This document shows positions 18,781-28,315 of a stretch of 64,000 nucleotides of DNA, in pieces. Below the pieces are notes generated by a model that made no database searches, was not told the origin of the DNA, and worked only from the letters and a program-made list of their open reading frames with translations. Numbering within the stretch: the first letter of the stretch is position 1; the number at the start of each line of letters is the position of its first letter. The stretch covers positions 448,001 through 512,000 of the forward strand of contig CAVWGN010000001.1 of NCBI GenBank assembly GCA_963754655.1, in the 5' to 3' direction. This DNA is from an uncultured Chlamydiae bacterium. GTDB taxonomy: Bacteria > Chlamydiota > Chlamydiia > Chlamydiales > Parachlamydiaceae. A program made the position numbers and the translations under genes.

Positions 18781-19837
18781 TCATCCTTTGCTTTGCAATA
18801 GCAGTCCTTGGAAAGATAATGCAAATGTCATCTGGCTAGGATCTACACTTACGCTCCTTCGCAACTTGGAAAAGTTTAATTTTTCTGGCAAGCTTGCGAT
18901 TGATAAGCGTAAACAAATCATCTCTTTGATCTCACGAAATCTATTAGACAGTGATCAGCTTAAAAAACCAAAATTGATCCCAGCTGAAGATATGCCTCCT
19001 ATTGAAAAGGAATTTCTTATGGAACATTTTCTTGCGAGCCAAGGCTTTCATCAAGCTTATAGTGGCGAAGCTTTCGTTTTGGATGAAACAGGGGAATTTC
19101 TAGCGATTTTGAATTTAAGAGATCATGTTCTTTTGGAGTGGGTAGATTTTCGAGAAGATTTAGAAAACTCTTGGGATCGCTTGGTTAAAATTGAATTAGA
19201 ATTGGCAAAATCTATTAATTTTGCTTTTTCTCCTAAATTTGGTTTTTTGACATCTGATCCTAGTCAATGTGGAACGGGACTTGGTGTGACCATTTTTTTG
19301 CATCTTCCGGCTCTTCTTAACACCAATCAATTAGATGAAATTATTAAAAAAAATAAAGATGATGGTGTAGAGCAAACAGGCTTGCAAGGAGATCCCCATG
19401 AAGTGATTGGAGATATTGTGGCTTTTCACAATAGCTATTCTTTAGGCATTACAGAAGAAAATATTCTCACTTCTTTACGCACGCTGGCAACGAAGCTCAT
19501 TGTTGAAGAAAAAAGCTTGCGCCAGCATATCAAACAAAGTACCGAGAGCGAAGTGGCTGATATCAAAGATAAGGTCAGTCGTGCGTATGCCATTTTATTA
19601 CATTCTTATCAAATTGAGGCCATTGAAGCTTTGCAGGCTTTGAGTTTAGTTAAAATGGGACTTGATCTTGAATGGCTAAAAGGAACCTCTCAAGCGGTTC
19701 TTAATGGGATGCTATTTGACTGTCGTCGTGCACATCTTCTTTGTCATTATGGACAAAAAATTTCTCAGGAGGAATTGCCTCATCGACGTGCTGAATTTAT
19801 TCATCGCGTTTTACATGGTTTGGAACTATTGATTTAG
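18758..19837 (+). CDS. mcsB: Protein arginine kinase (ATP:guanido phosphotransferase)
   Basis: FAFSPKFGFLTSDPSQCGTGL..LHLPAL, DKVSRAYAIL. Confidence 0.92.
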   Translation: MSPPDKSNHPLLCNSSPWKDNANVIWLGSTLTLLRNLEKFNFSGKLAIDKRKQIISLISRNLLDSDQLKKPKLIPAEDMPPIEKEFLMEHFLASQGFHQAYSGEAFVLDETGEFLAILNLRDHVLLEWVDFREDLENSWDRLVKIELELAKSINFAFSPKFGFLTSDPSQCGTGLGVTIFLHLPALLNTNQLDEIIKKNKDDGVEQTGLQGDPHEVIGDIVAFHNSYSLGITEENILTSLRTLATKLIVEEKSLRQHIKQSTESEVADIKDKVSRAYAILLHSYQIEAIEALQALSLVKMGLDLEWLKGTSQAVLNGMLFDCRRAHLLCHYGQKISQEELPHRRAEFIHRVLHGLELLI

Positions 19838-19990
19838 AAATGTTTCTATTTAGGACTGTAGACTTAGTGTAGTATTTTAAGACACGGCTATAGTCTGTAA
19901 CATTAGTTTTGCCTATTAGGATGGCTTTAACTTACATTCCTAGTACTCTGCTATATGAGTTTTTGCCTAGTGGGATGGTTTTAAATCCCT

Positions 19991-20381
19991 AGGCGTTAAG
20001 GTAAGAGATGAGCGTAGGCTACGCGACGCATTCAGTTGCCCGCCGCTTCGATCTGGGCTCTAGGTAAGGGGATATGGACCCACCGTTCGGTCGCCCTCCG
20101 GGCTCGGTCACGGTGGGCTAGTATCAGTCGTCCTACGGACTCTAGCAACAGTGTAAAAGCCATTGAATGTTAGGTAAGGCGTTTGATAATGCTGCTAGAA
20201 TGCTAGTCAAGGCGTTTTGATAATGTTGCTAGAGTCTGTGGACGACTGATACTAGCCCACCGTGACCGAGCCGGAGGGCGACCGAACGGTGGGTCCATAT
20301 CCCCTTACCTAGAGCCCAGAGCGAAGCGGCGGGCGACTGAATGCGTCGCGTAGCCTAGCGCCTACTCTTAACTTAATGCCT
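19991..20381. repeat. Palindromic element family C, copy 1
   Basis: GCGACGCATTCAG..CCCACCGTTCGGTCG..GTATCAGTCGTCC arms mirrored; homologous to 43258-43643. Confidence 0.85.
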
Positions 20382-20409
20382 CGAGTCATCGAGCACTAGG
20401 ACATTCAGC

Positions 20410-21528
20410 ATGGAAAAGTACAAGGGCATCGGCCTCAATATTAATAATAAAGTGCATTGGACAGATCATCTTGCTCCCATTTGCGTGGCAATGGATGTTC
20501 CTCTATTAATGGTTGATGAAAAACATGCAGAGGAAACCCAAGCTTTGTATCCTGGCCTGCAAGTGCTCATCTGGGATTGGAAAGAATTAAGTCTTCAATC
20601 TCTTGTGGAAAACTTTGATGTTTTTTTCCAATCGCAGTTTTGGCCTCGCTCAGATTTGCAGAGGCAATGCCAGCCCTGGGAAAAACTCTATCACAAAACA
20701 GTGCGTAATGTGCATTGTCCCCACGGATTTTCGGACAAAATGTTTTGGCATAAAAAAAGTGTATGGGAAGATATTCTGCTTATTTATGGCGACAATATGC
20801 TTGATCTTTTGAAAGCGGCGGGAGTTTCAGAGCACCTCAATGTGATTGTACGTTCGGGAAACTATCGCTATCTGTATTATCGAAAACATCAAGCTTTCTT
20901 TGATCAAATTGTAGAAAAGCAGATTTGGAGTCGATTGGATCGCTCAAAACCGACCATTCTTTATGCTCCTACTATTCATCACCATGGAGAAGAGCTTTCG
21001 CTTTCCTTCTTGCAAGCGCGCGAGTTATTCGAGAAGCTTCCGCTAGATTACAATTTAGTGGTCAAGCTTCATCCTGATTTAGAAGAGACAGATGCATCCG
21101 CTCTTTATGCTATGATGGGAAAATACGAGGGTAAAAGCAATATCCTATTTATAAAAGATTTTTCTCTTGTCTATCCTCTTTTAGCTGGCTCAGACATTTA
21201 TTTAGGGGACCTTTCATCAGTAGGCTATGATTTTCTTGCCTTTAATCGTCCCATGTTTTTTCTCAATCATTTAGGACGGGATGCCAAGCAAGATCGTAAT
21301 TTATTTCTCTATCGCTGTGGATTTGAAGTAACACCCGATCAATTTAGAAATTTTTATCATCTATTAGATTCTCAGCTTCCTTTTGACCAAGAACGTTATG
21401 CTGCTATTCGTCAAGAAGTGTATCGCTACACTTTTGGCGAAGAAGTGTCTTTTGAAAATTTGAAAAACGCCATTGTTCAAGCTTGTACATCTCCTCGAAA
21501 ATTAGAAGAATGGGAACCCGAATTTTGA
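20410..21528 (+). CDS. CDP-glycerol glycerophosphotransferase (TagF-like, GT-B fold) family protein
   Basis: CPHG, TILYAPT, VVKLHP, SDIYLGDLSSVGYDFLAFNRPMFF. Confidence 0.8.
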   Translation: MEKYKGIGLNINNKVHWTDHLAPICVAMDVPLLMVDEKHAEETQALYPGLQVLIWDWKELSLQSLVENFDVFFQSQFWPRSDLQRQCQPWEKLYHKTVRNVHCPHGFSDKMFWHKKSVWEDILLIYGDNMLDLLKAAGVSEHLNVIVRSGNYRYLYYRKHQAFFDQIVEKQIWSRLDRSKPTILYAPTIHHHGEELSLSFLQARELFEKLPLDYNLVVKLHPDLEETDASALYAMMGKYEGKSNILFIKDFSLVYPLLAGSDIYLGDLSSVGYDFLAFNRPMFFLNHLGRDAKQDRNLFLYRCGFEVTPDQFRNFYHLLDSQLPFDQERYAAIRQEVYRYTFGEEVSFENLKNAIVQACTSPRKLEEWEPEF

Positions 21529-23528
21529 TGATAGAAACCTCCTCTTTTAATGACCTCCGGGCAAACTTAAGCGAGATTTATGCGTCACTTTATGCACAGT
21601 CAAATGTAGGCGAACGTTCTCTTTATGCAACTTCTTCTTCTGTTTATTTTCAGGGAACTTTAACAGGGCAAATCATCAAGGTTGTAGACAGGGCTTGGCG
21701 TTGGATTCAGCCTTCTTATTCTTCGCCTTCTGTTGAAAGTTCTTTGCAGTTCATTTTAACAACGCTGTTTGATCATGCTGTTCATTGTGCTTATGATACC
21801 CGTCAACGGCGAATTTGGCACAATATGCGCCAGATTGATCAAATGTGGAAAAATGATCTACAGCCTGAAGATTTTGCAAAACAGCGTGAGCATTATGCGG
21901 ACTTTCTTGCAAAAGAGCTCGCAGAATCAATTGAATTTGATCATCCCATTTATTTAGCCGATTTTGATGCAAGGGCGCAACACCCTTTGATTGAAAAAGA
22001 AATCAAAGCCATGCGTCACACCATTGTTAACTTTCATCAGGCCACCCATTTGTTTTGGTCTTTATTCATTAAAGATGAAAATGAAAATGCTTTGCTGCGT
22101 CAGCCTTTAATGCCTTTGATTAAGCCGATGTCGACTTTGCTGGACCATCCTCTTTTTAAAGCTCTTAAAAAAGAAGGACGATGGATACAGATGGAAGGAA
22201 TCATGCAGCAACCCATTCCCGTTGCTCTTCTTGCAAAGTTGCAGGATCCTCAAAGTCTAAGTGTAAATGAAAATAGACGTCTCACATTGTGGGTGCAAAC
22301 TCTAAATCGATGTCAACACTCCATTTCCCCCAGGCTCTTTTCTTGCATTTTAACTGAAATCATGACTGTCATTCATTTGCAAGGCTCTTCTTCATTGACT
22401 TTGCCAGACCTTTTGTATTGGTTTGATCAACAAAACTGCCCAATCATTCATCGAGAAGATCCTGCACATATGGAGTGGCGTGAAAAATTGGGTCCGGGAG
22501 ATAGCATTGAGTGCAATGGTAAACAGTTGATCTTAGGCCAGCAACTAAGTCCAGATAAACTGATTGACGATACTTATAAAATTTTTGAATTAGAGGGTGG
22601 TTTAGATTATGTCGTGAAAATTGCGCATAATCGCTTTCTTTTGCTACTTGAAGAAAGAAAAGCAAGCAGCGAACAAGGTCACTGGGGAGTGCGCTTAGTC
22701 GAAACGATTGTGAATCTGGAAGAAGATGATCAAGAATTAGTTGTGAGTGGGCTTGACCAACAAGGACGCTGTGTGGTGCTTGAAAAATTAACTTCTTCTT
22801 TTGACAGCCAGATGTGGACAAGTCATGATATGCAGTTAACACCAGAAGATGAAAAATCGGCGCTTGTATTTGCCAATCATCTTTTTTGTATGTCTCAGTG
22901 GAAAGCAACGGCTGAAAACCTCTCCTTGCCTCATTTAATGTGGGACAAAGAAGGAGTATTAAAGTCTACGCGACTTCTGAAAAAAGGGCCGGCCAATTAT
23001 AATGAATGGGAAGCTTATTGTGAAAGAGCGGCTGAAGGCAATCCCTATGTTCTCAGTTTCTTGATGAATGTCTCTAAATTAAGTGAACACGACATGGCTT
23101 TATATTATCGACAAGCTATTGAACATACGTTGGAGACAGGAGATATCGATTTAATTGGACGCCCTTTGCCTTTAGGGCATCGTCAGGATATGTATACTCA
23201 ACATGCAAAAAAATTATGTGCACAGGCTCAAGAACTCAGACACAACTGTCTTAAGATCATCACTGCTCATTTAAGAAGGCAAAATCAATATTCTTATAAA
23301 AAGGAAGAGCAATTAAAACAAGCGATTGCCGACAAACTTCTTCAATTTTACCGTGCCTCATCTACTCCAGGAAGATTTTCGCCCGACTTAGAGCAGCAAG
23401 TGATTGCGGCTTTTACTGCTCCTTCTTCTACAAGCAATTCTTTACCCGATTCTTCAGATGCCCAAGACTATTATCAGGAGAAACATGAACTGATGATGGG
23501 GTATAATCAAATTTACCTTTCAACATAA
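21528..23528 (+). CDS. Hypothetical protein, possibly with a degenerate kinase-like central domain
   Basis: Long ORF coupled to the upstream gene (TGATG); YKIFEL..YVVKIA..VVLEKL pattern; no clear family. Confidence 0.6.
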   Translation: MIETSSFNDLRANLSEIYASLYAQSNVGERSLYATSSSVYFQGTLTGQIIKVVDRAWRWIQPSYSSPSVESSLQFILTTLFDHAVHCAYDTRQRRIWHNMRQIDQMWKNDLQPEDFAKQREHYADFLAKELAESIEFDHPIYLADFDARAQHPLIEKEIKAMRHTIVNFHQATHLFWSLFIKDENENALLRQPLMPLIKPMSTLLDHPLFKALKKEGRWIQMEGIMQQPIPVALLAKLQDPQSLSVNENRRLTLWVQTLNRCQHSISPRLFSCILTEIMTVIHLQGSSSLTLPDLLYWFDQQNCPIIHREDPAHMEWREKLGPGDSIECNGKQLILGQQLSPDKLIDDTYKIFELEGGLDYVVKIAHNRFLLLLEERKASSEQGHWGVRLVETIVNLEEDDQELVVSGLDQQGRCVVLEKLTSSFDSQMWTSHDMQLTPEDEKSALVFANHLFCMSQWKATAENLSLPHLMWDKEGVLKSTRLLKKGPANYNEWEAYCERAAEGNPYVLSFLMNVSKLSEHDMALYYRQAIEHTLETGDIDLIGRPLPLGHRQDMYTQHAKKLCAQAQELRHNCLKIITAHLRRQNQYSYKKEEQLKQAIADKLLQFYRASSTPGRFSPDLEQQVIAAFTAPSSTSNSLPDSSDAQDYYQEKHELMMGYNQIYLST

Positions 23529-24308
23529 CGTGATGCAAGAGGCATGTCGTCCCGTGATTTTATCTCTGCGATGAGAATAGAAGTCATAACGATTAGAATA
23601 AGTGCTTAAACGCGCCACCTCAATGTGATGAGGCAGAATTCCTGCTGCTTGGAGTTGATATTCACTAATTGACCAAAAATCAAAGTAGTTCGGTTTTACT
23701 TGAAATTGCCAAAATTCCTCAGGTAGCTCTGTGCGGTAATGAATAAATTCTGCTTCGTCAGGTCCCAAACTCGGTGAAATGCAAACAAGCAGCTCTGATG
23801 GATGAGAACCAAAGGCTTGTTGCATCTCTCGCACAGCGTCACGATATAGATTTGCTACGCTGCCACGCCATCCAACATGAATATTTGCTGCAGCATGATT
23901 TTTAGGATCGTAAAAAAGAGCAACTTGACAATCGGCATGTTTCATCATGAGAGAGACGCCGGGCGTTCCTGTCATCAATCCATCACAGTCTATGATCTCT
24001 TCAGGAGATTGTGTATTGGCTATTGCCATAGACGTTCCATGATTTGCTCTTCCCCACACTAAATTGCTCCAATTTAGAGTATCTCGTTGTAATTGGGTTT
24101 TGATGCGTTCAATATTGAGTTTGACATGTTCATGGTTATCACCTACATGGAAGCCTGTATTGAGACTTGCATAATTTCCTTCACTGCAGCCGCCATGGCG
24201 CAAAAAGACAGCATGTCTGACAGTTGGAATATCACTTAGAAGATCAAATTCTAGCCATTCAATATTTTGGTATTTTTGACGTTGCATATCAAACCTATTA
24301 AAACTCAT
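23520..24308 (-). CDS. pgeF: YfiH/PgeF (polyphenol oxidase/purine nucleoside phosphorylase) family protein
   Basis: RHGGCS, HADCQ, HVGWRG, FYSHRRD..TGR. Confidence 0.9.
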   Translation of the reverse strand: MSFNRFDMQRQKYQNIEWLEFDLLSDIPTVRHAVFLRHGGCSEGNYASLNTGFHVGDNHEHVKLNIERIKTQLQRDTLNWSNLVWGRANHGTSMAIANTQSPEEIIDCDGLMTGTPGVSLMMKHADCQVALFYDPKNHAAANIHVGWRGSVANLYRDAVREMQQAFGSHPSELLVCISPSLGPDEAEFIHYRTELPEEFWQFQVKPNYFDFWSISEYQLQAAGILPHHIEVARLSTYSNRYDFYSHRRDKITGRHASCITLC

Positions 24309-24435
24309 TGCTGATGATTTTCTTATATCTGTTTAAAAATTTGTGTTTCAATAAGGATAAAGAGTTGACCTCTTTCTCTTTTTCTGACATAAGATCTCCC
24401 TATCATGTCAAATGGACTAACTTTACTGAGAAAAT

Positions 24436-25104
24436 ATGAAAAATCTTTCCTTATTTTTTATCTTTCTTTTTCTACCCCTTGGGCTTTTTGCAACCGATTG
24501 TATTCCAGATTGCGATACTGAAACTGATTGGACATTAGAAGTACGAGGTGCTTATTATTATCTTCCGAATAAATCAGTCAAAAGGATTTACGCAGACCAT
24601 TGGATTGATTATCAAGTTGAAGCAGCTAAGCGTGTGCATCCTTTCGTAGAAGTGTGGGGCGGAATTAGCTGGGCTTCCAAACATGGTTATACGCATAAAA
24701 TATATGACTATTATCGCTTTAAGGATAGTACAAAAATGTTTGTTCTGCCGGTAAGTATGGGATTTAAATTGATTTACCCCATTATGGCATTCGTCGATAT
24801 CTATGCGGGAGCGGGCGTCTGCTATTCGTTTTTAAAGATTAAGAATTTTTGCAAAGAAGATTATTCTTATCATGGTCTTTCTCGTTCTCCTTTTAGGAAA
24901 GGCATTTATAAGAACGAATTCGGGGGACTATTCAAAATTGGTTTTCAATATGCCATGAGTGACTCGACTTTTCTTGATGTTTTTGCCGATTATTACGCAC
25001 AGCGTTTTCATCTGTCTCATAAACGGGAACGCCGCGATGTCTTTAATCGAATGGTTGATTGCAGCGGATTTAAATTTGGAGCAGGTCTAGGCGTTTATTT
25101 CTGA
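24436..25104 (+). CDS. Outer membrane beta-barrel protein
   Basis: Signal peptide, amphipathic strands, C-terminal GLGVYF. Confidence 0.75.
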   Translation: MKNLSLFFIFLFLPLGLFATDCIPDCDTETDWTLEVRGAYYYLPNKSVKRIYADHWIDYQVEAAKRVHPFVEVWGGISWASKHGYTHKIYDYYRFKDSTKMFVLPVSMGFKLIYPIMAFVDIYAGAGVCYSFLKIKNFCKEDYSYHGLSRSPFRKGIYKNEFGGLFKIGFQYAMSDSTFLDVFADYYAQRFHLSHKRERRDVFNRMVDCSGFKFGAGLGVYF

Positions 25105-25160
25105 ATAACTTTACGCAAGCGAAGTCAAAGAAATCAATGTTATCCCTTAAATAACCAAAT

Positions 25161-25311
25161 ACCGAGGTCAAAGAATCTCAAATGGCTTGATTTGTTTAAT
25201 AGCCTGAAAGGCTTCAAAGAAAATAGCCCAGGGCGCTGCCCTGGGCCATTTTCTTTGAAGCCTTTCAGGCTATTAAACAAATCAAGCCATTTGGGATTTT
25301 TTGACCTCGGT
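25161..25311. repeat. 151-bp REP doublet palindrome without an insertion
   Basis: Arms carry GCCTGAAAGGC/GCCTTTCAGGC; centre GCCCAGGGCGCTGCCCTGGGC; right arm matches about 5612-5665. Confidence 0.85.
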
Positions 25312-25365
25312 TACCTGCGTGGAGTGAATAAGAGGTTTGGGATAGTCTTAAACCTCTTATGCTTA

Positions 25366-26280
25366 TTAGACATCCATTTTAGGACTTAACGTCAGCCAGC
25401 CCGCCTGCATCCAACTTTGCAGCCATTTTTGCAAATGATTGGCCACAAATTCATATACAGAAGAGTCTTGTGATTCGATGTATGCACAAGCATCTGTGAG
25501 ATTCGTTCCCATTTTAAAGCATTCTAGCAAAATAAATTCCTCTTTGCTGATTTCACGCCAAGCCAGATGATTGTTCGCATTGCGATAAAGAATAAAGAAA
25601 TAGCTTTTTTCCTTAGGGAGATCTGGAAAGCGATGTTCAAGCCAATAATCCACATCTTGTTTTAAAAAATTTCCACGAAATGTCAAAAGATCGTATTCCC
25701 ATGTAAATAAATTGATATGGGGCTGCAGGTAAAACACTTGTGAGAGCAAACTTTCAGGATTGTCATTGATGAATTGAGCAAGATCTGGCGAAGAATATTG
25801 AGAGGCAATCAGACTTGCCATAAAAGCCCAGTCTAAACTAGCGGCATTTAGAATTAAGGCTTGGTCAGGCTCTCGGTAGCATTCCGCGACCCATTTTGGC
25901 AGGCGCTCTCCCAATAAGTTTAATGACCAATGATTAGGGGGATATTTTAATAAATAGGGAATGCCTATTTTTTCATTAAAGGCATGGGAACCAAATAGGC
26001 GAGTGACCAGAGGAAAATTAGCATGCAAAGTGTTGAGTAAGCGCCACCAATATTGTTGGTTGTAAATTTGCATGCGTTGATGAGGTCGCAATTTGGAGCT
26101 CGGTGTAATATAGCGAGCCGCCTCTTCAGCAATTAAGATGCCATGGGTTGAGTTTGAATAGGGTTGGATTGTGTTATTTTCTCCTAGTCGATTGGTAATG
26201 ACACTGGCAAACCATTCTTGAGTCGCCTTTAATTGACAAGGAGGTTGATCCATATCTTTGTTTAGCGTTTGTTTTTTCAT
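25366..26280 (-). CDS. DUF2063 (HvfC/BufC-like) MNIO partner protein
   Basis: QEWFASVI, RMQIYNQQYWWRL..L...FP, YPPNHWSL..LG; ATGA overlap with the DUF692 gene. Confidence 0.85.
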   Translation of the reverse strand: MKKQTLNKDMDQPPCQLKATQEWFASVITNRLGENNTIQPYSNSTHGILIAEEAARYITPSSKLRPHQRMQIYNQQYWWRLLNTLHANFPLVTRLFGSHAFNEKIGIPYLLKYPPNHWSLNLLGERLPKWVAECYREPDQALILNAASLDWAFMASLIASQYSSPDLAQFINDNPESLLSQVFYLQPHINLFTWEYDLLTFRGNFLKQDVDYWLEHRFPDLPKEKSYFFILYRNANNHLAWREISKEEFILLECFKMGTNLTDACAYIESQDSSVYEFVANHLQKWLQSWMQAGWLTLSPKMDV

Positions 26281-27158
26281 GTCACACCTGCTTTTGAAAC
26301 AAAGGAAGATAAGGGAGGTAATGAATGCTGTTCGTGGATTCCTTGTTGAAATTGTTTTGCTTTTAAGGCTTCTGCCCATGTTTGTTCGAAAGATAGAAGA
26401 TTATCATCCCATTCAAGAAGCGTTGACACACCTCCAGTCAAAGGGTAAATCTCAGCGTAAAGATCCCATACTTCATGACGTACTGGATGATCATGAGTGT
26501 CTAAGACATAGTCTCCAAAGTCAGTATGACCCGCCAAGTGAATTTGAATGACGCGATCTAAGGGAAGATTTTGGTAGTAAGTTTTAGGATCAAAACCATG
26601 GTTACGGCTCGAAACGTAAATATTATTGACATCCAGCATCATATAAGTGTCAGATTGTTCCACAACGGAGCTATAAAATTCCCATTCAGACATTTCATCT
26701 TGTTTAAAAGCCACATACGAAGAGAGATTTTCAAGTGCAAAAGGCAATTCAAGATAGTCTTGAACAATACGAGCTCGTTCGGCAACATACCGAATGACCT
26801 CTTGAGTATAAGGAAGAGGTAATAAATCATGGTAATGAGCCCCGGGAAGATGGCCCCAGCAAAGATGATCTGAAAGCCAAGGAGTTTTAGTCTTGCGAGT
26901 CAAAGCCTTAAGTTTTTTTAAATAGTTAAAATCTAAAGGCGCTGGGCTTCCAATTGCTAAAGATACGCCATGCTGAACGACCGGATAGCGCTCTAGAATA
27001 CGTTCTAAATTTTCAAGGGGCTTTCCTCCTTCTACCATGAAATTTTCACTAATAATTTCAAACCAATCAATTGCAGGTTGAAGGCGAAAAATATCCTCAT
27101 AGTGAGGAACGCGCAATCCAATGCCAATGCCTAAATTGGGAAGCGGTCTTGCTTTCAT
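26277..27158 (-). CDS. DUF692 family multinuclear non-heme iron oxidative enzyme (MNIO; MbnB/TglH/ChrH/BufB-like)
   Basis: GIGLR.PHY, WFEIISENF, HGVSL, SDHLCW, LENLSSY, LDVNNIYV, IHLAGH, DTHD, LLEWD. Confidence 0.95.
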   Translation of the reverse strand: MKARPLPNLGIGIGLRVPHYEDIFRLQPAIDWFEIISENFMVEGGKPLENLERILERYPVVQHGVSLAIGSPAPLDFNYLKKLKALTRKTKTPWLSDHLCWGHLPGAHYHDLLPLPYTQEVIRYVAERARIVQDYLELPFALENLSSYVAFKQDEMSEWEFYSSVVEQSDTYMMLDVNNIYVSSRNHGFDPKTYYQNLPLDRVIQIHLAGHTDFGDYVLDTHDHPVRHEVWDLYAEIYPLTGGVSTLLEWDDNLLSFEQTWAEALKAKQFQQGIHEQHSLPPLSSFVSKAGVT

Positions 27159-27401
27159 CTGAGATTTCCTTGCTCACTTATATCAATAGTGGTTTCATTC
27201 GCGATTTTTCGACTCTAGAGACCTGTTGGCAAATGATTACGCTCTTACGAGGGCGTTCTCTCTTTTGTCAATTTCGAAGGATGGTTCAGCCGCCGAAATT
27301 TCACTTTATATCTGATGGTCAATAATTATGAAAAGATTTAAGAGGTTAAGAAGGAGATTTTTTGTTATTCCTTGTGCTTCAAGCCTCTATTAGAATAAGA
27401 T

Positions 27402-27433
27402 AAAAAATGTGCGCAACGAACTGTTGCGCACAT
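27402..27433 (-). terminator. Intrinsic terminator between the candidate precursor genes and the MNIO gene
   Basis: 11-bp stem ATGTGCGCAAC/GTTGCGCACAT with a T-run on the minus strand. Confidence 0.75.
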
Positions 27434-27452
27434 AACGATTCTGAAATACCTA

Positions 27453-28283
27453 CTAACGATTCAATAAACCACGACGTTCGCTCATGCGACGTTGGGCTTC
27501 TTTGACTGCAAGATTTTTATCTTTGTAGGAGTCTTGACTGGCTAATTGAATAGCCAACGCTTTCCCTTCTGGGTCCAAACTAAGATAAATTGCTCTTCCC
27601 TGAGAACTTAGCATGCCAAGCAGCTGAGGTTCTGTAAAAGTTGCAGTTGAATTCGAAGTTGTCACGGCAGCTCGATTAAAATCATAATCAGTTGTCGTGA
27701 GGTATTCACGATTAAAGTTCGTCAAACCGCCATACTCAGGCGTCGGGCGTGGCGTGGAATCGTAGGTGACTCCACGATAGTCCTCTACATAAGTCGGCGA
27801 CGTTATGCCAGATTGTTGAGTATTATAACTGCTGGGAGGAGAATAAGCATAGCTAATAGAGCTAGAATTATTCCTATCACTTCCTCCCGTTGAGGGAGGA
27901 TTCGCAGAGCGATTATCACTGCCTGATGGATGATTGTAACCCTTGGGAGGTTCACGAAATCCATTTGGCGAGTTGTTTGCACCCTGATCATTTGGTGAAG
28001 CAGTATAACCCCTGTAGCCATTACCTGATGGAGCATTCTGATTTCTTGCGCCACCAGAGTGGCTATTATACCCATTGCCGCTTTGATTAAAGTTGCCTGA
28101 ATTGTTCGCATTAGTGTCGCTGCTTTTGTTACTGTTAACAGCAGGACACCCATGAGCAGCACAACCAGCAGCTAAAAAAATGCCCTGTGCTTCTCCACTA
28201 TCAGCTTGGCCATTGACAGGAGTTGCTGAAGACAGAATCAAAGCTGCTAAGGCAATCTTCACTAGGTCTTTTTTATTTTCCAT
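27453..28283 (-). CDS. Secreted low-complexity protein, candidate MNIO RiPP precursor 2
   Basis: Signal peptide, QGIFLAAGCAAHGC (its only two Cys), Asn/Ser/Gly-rich linker, helical C-terminal domain. Confidence 0.7.
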   Translation of the reverse strand: MENKKDLVKIALAALILSSATPVNGQADSGEAQGIFLAAGCAAHGCPAVNSNKSSDTNANNSGNFNQSGNGYNSHSGGARNQNAPSGNGYRGYTASPNDQGANNSPNGFREPPKGYNHPSGSDNRSANPPSTGGSDRNNSSSISYAYSPPSSYNTQQSGITSPTYVEDYRGVTYDSTPRPTPEYGGLTNFNREYLTTTDYDFNRAAVTTSNSTATFTEPQLLGMLSSQGRAIYLSLDPEGKALAIQLASQDSYKDKNLAVKEAQRRMSERRGLLNR

Positions 28284-28315
28284 ATGATTTTCCTATTACT
28301 GGATTGGCCAATGAA

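Noticed and set aside
22444..22908. 154-aa antisense ORF and similar antisense ORFs within long genes
   Set aside because: They fully overlap well-supported genes on the opposite strand and have no recognisable motifs
26281..26379. Long N-terminal extensions in the ORF track (DUF2063; also 12153, 21483, 29894, 42793, 50770)
   Set aside because: Downstream ATGs give better RBS, gene coupling or signal peptides
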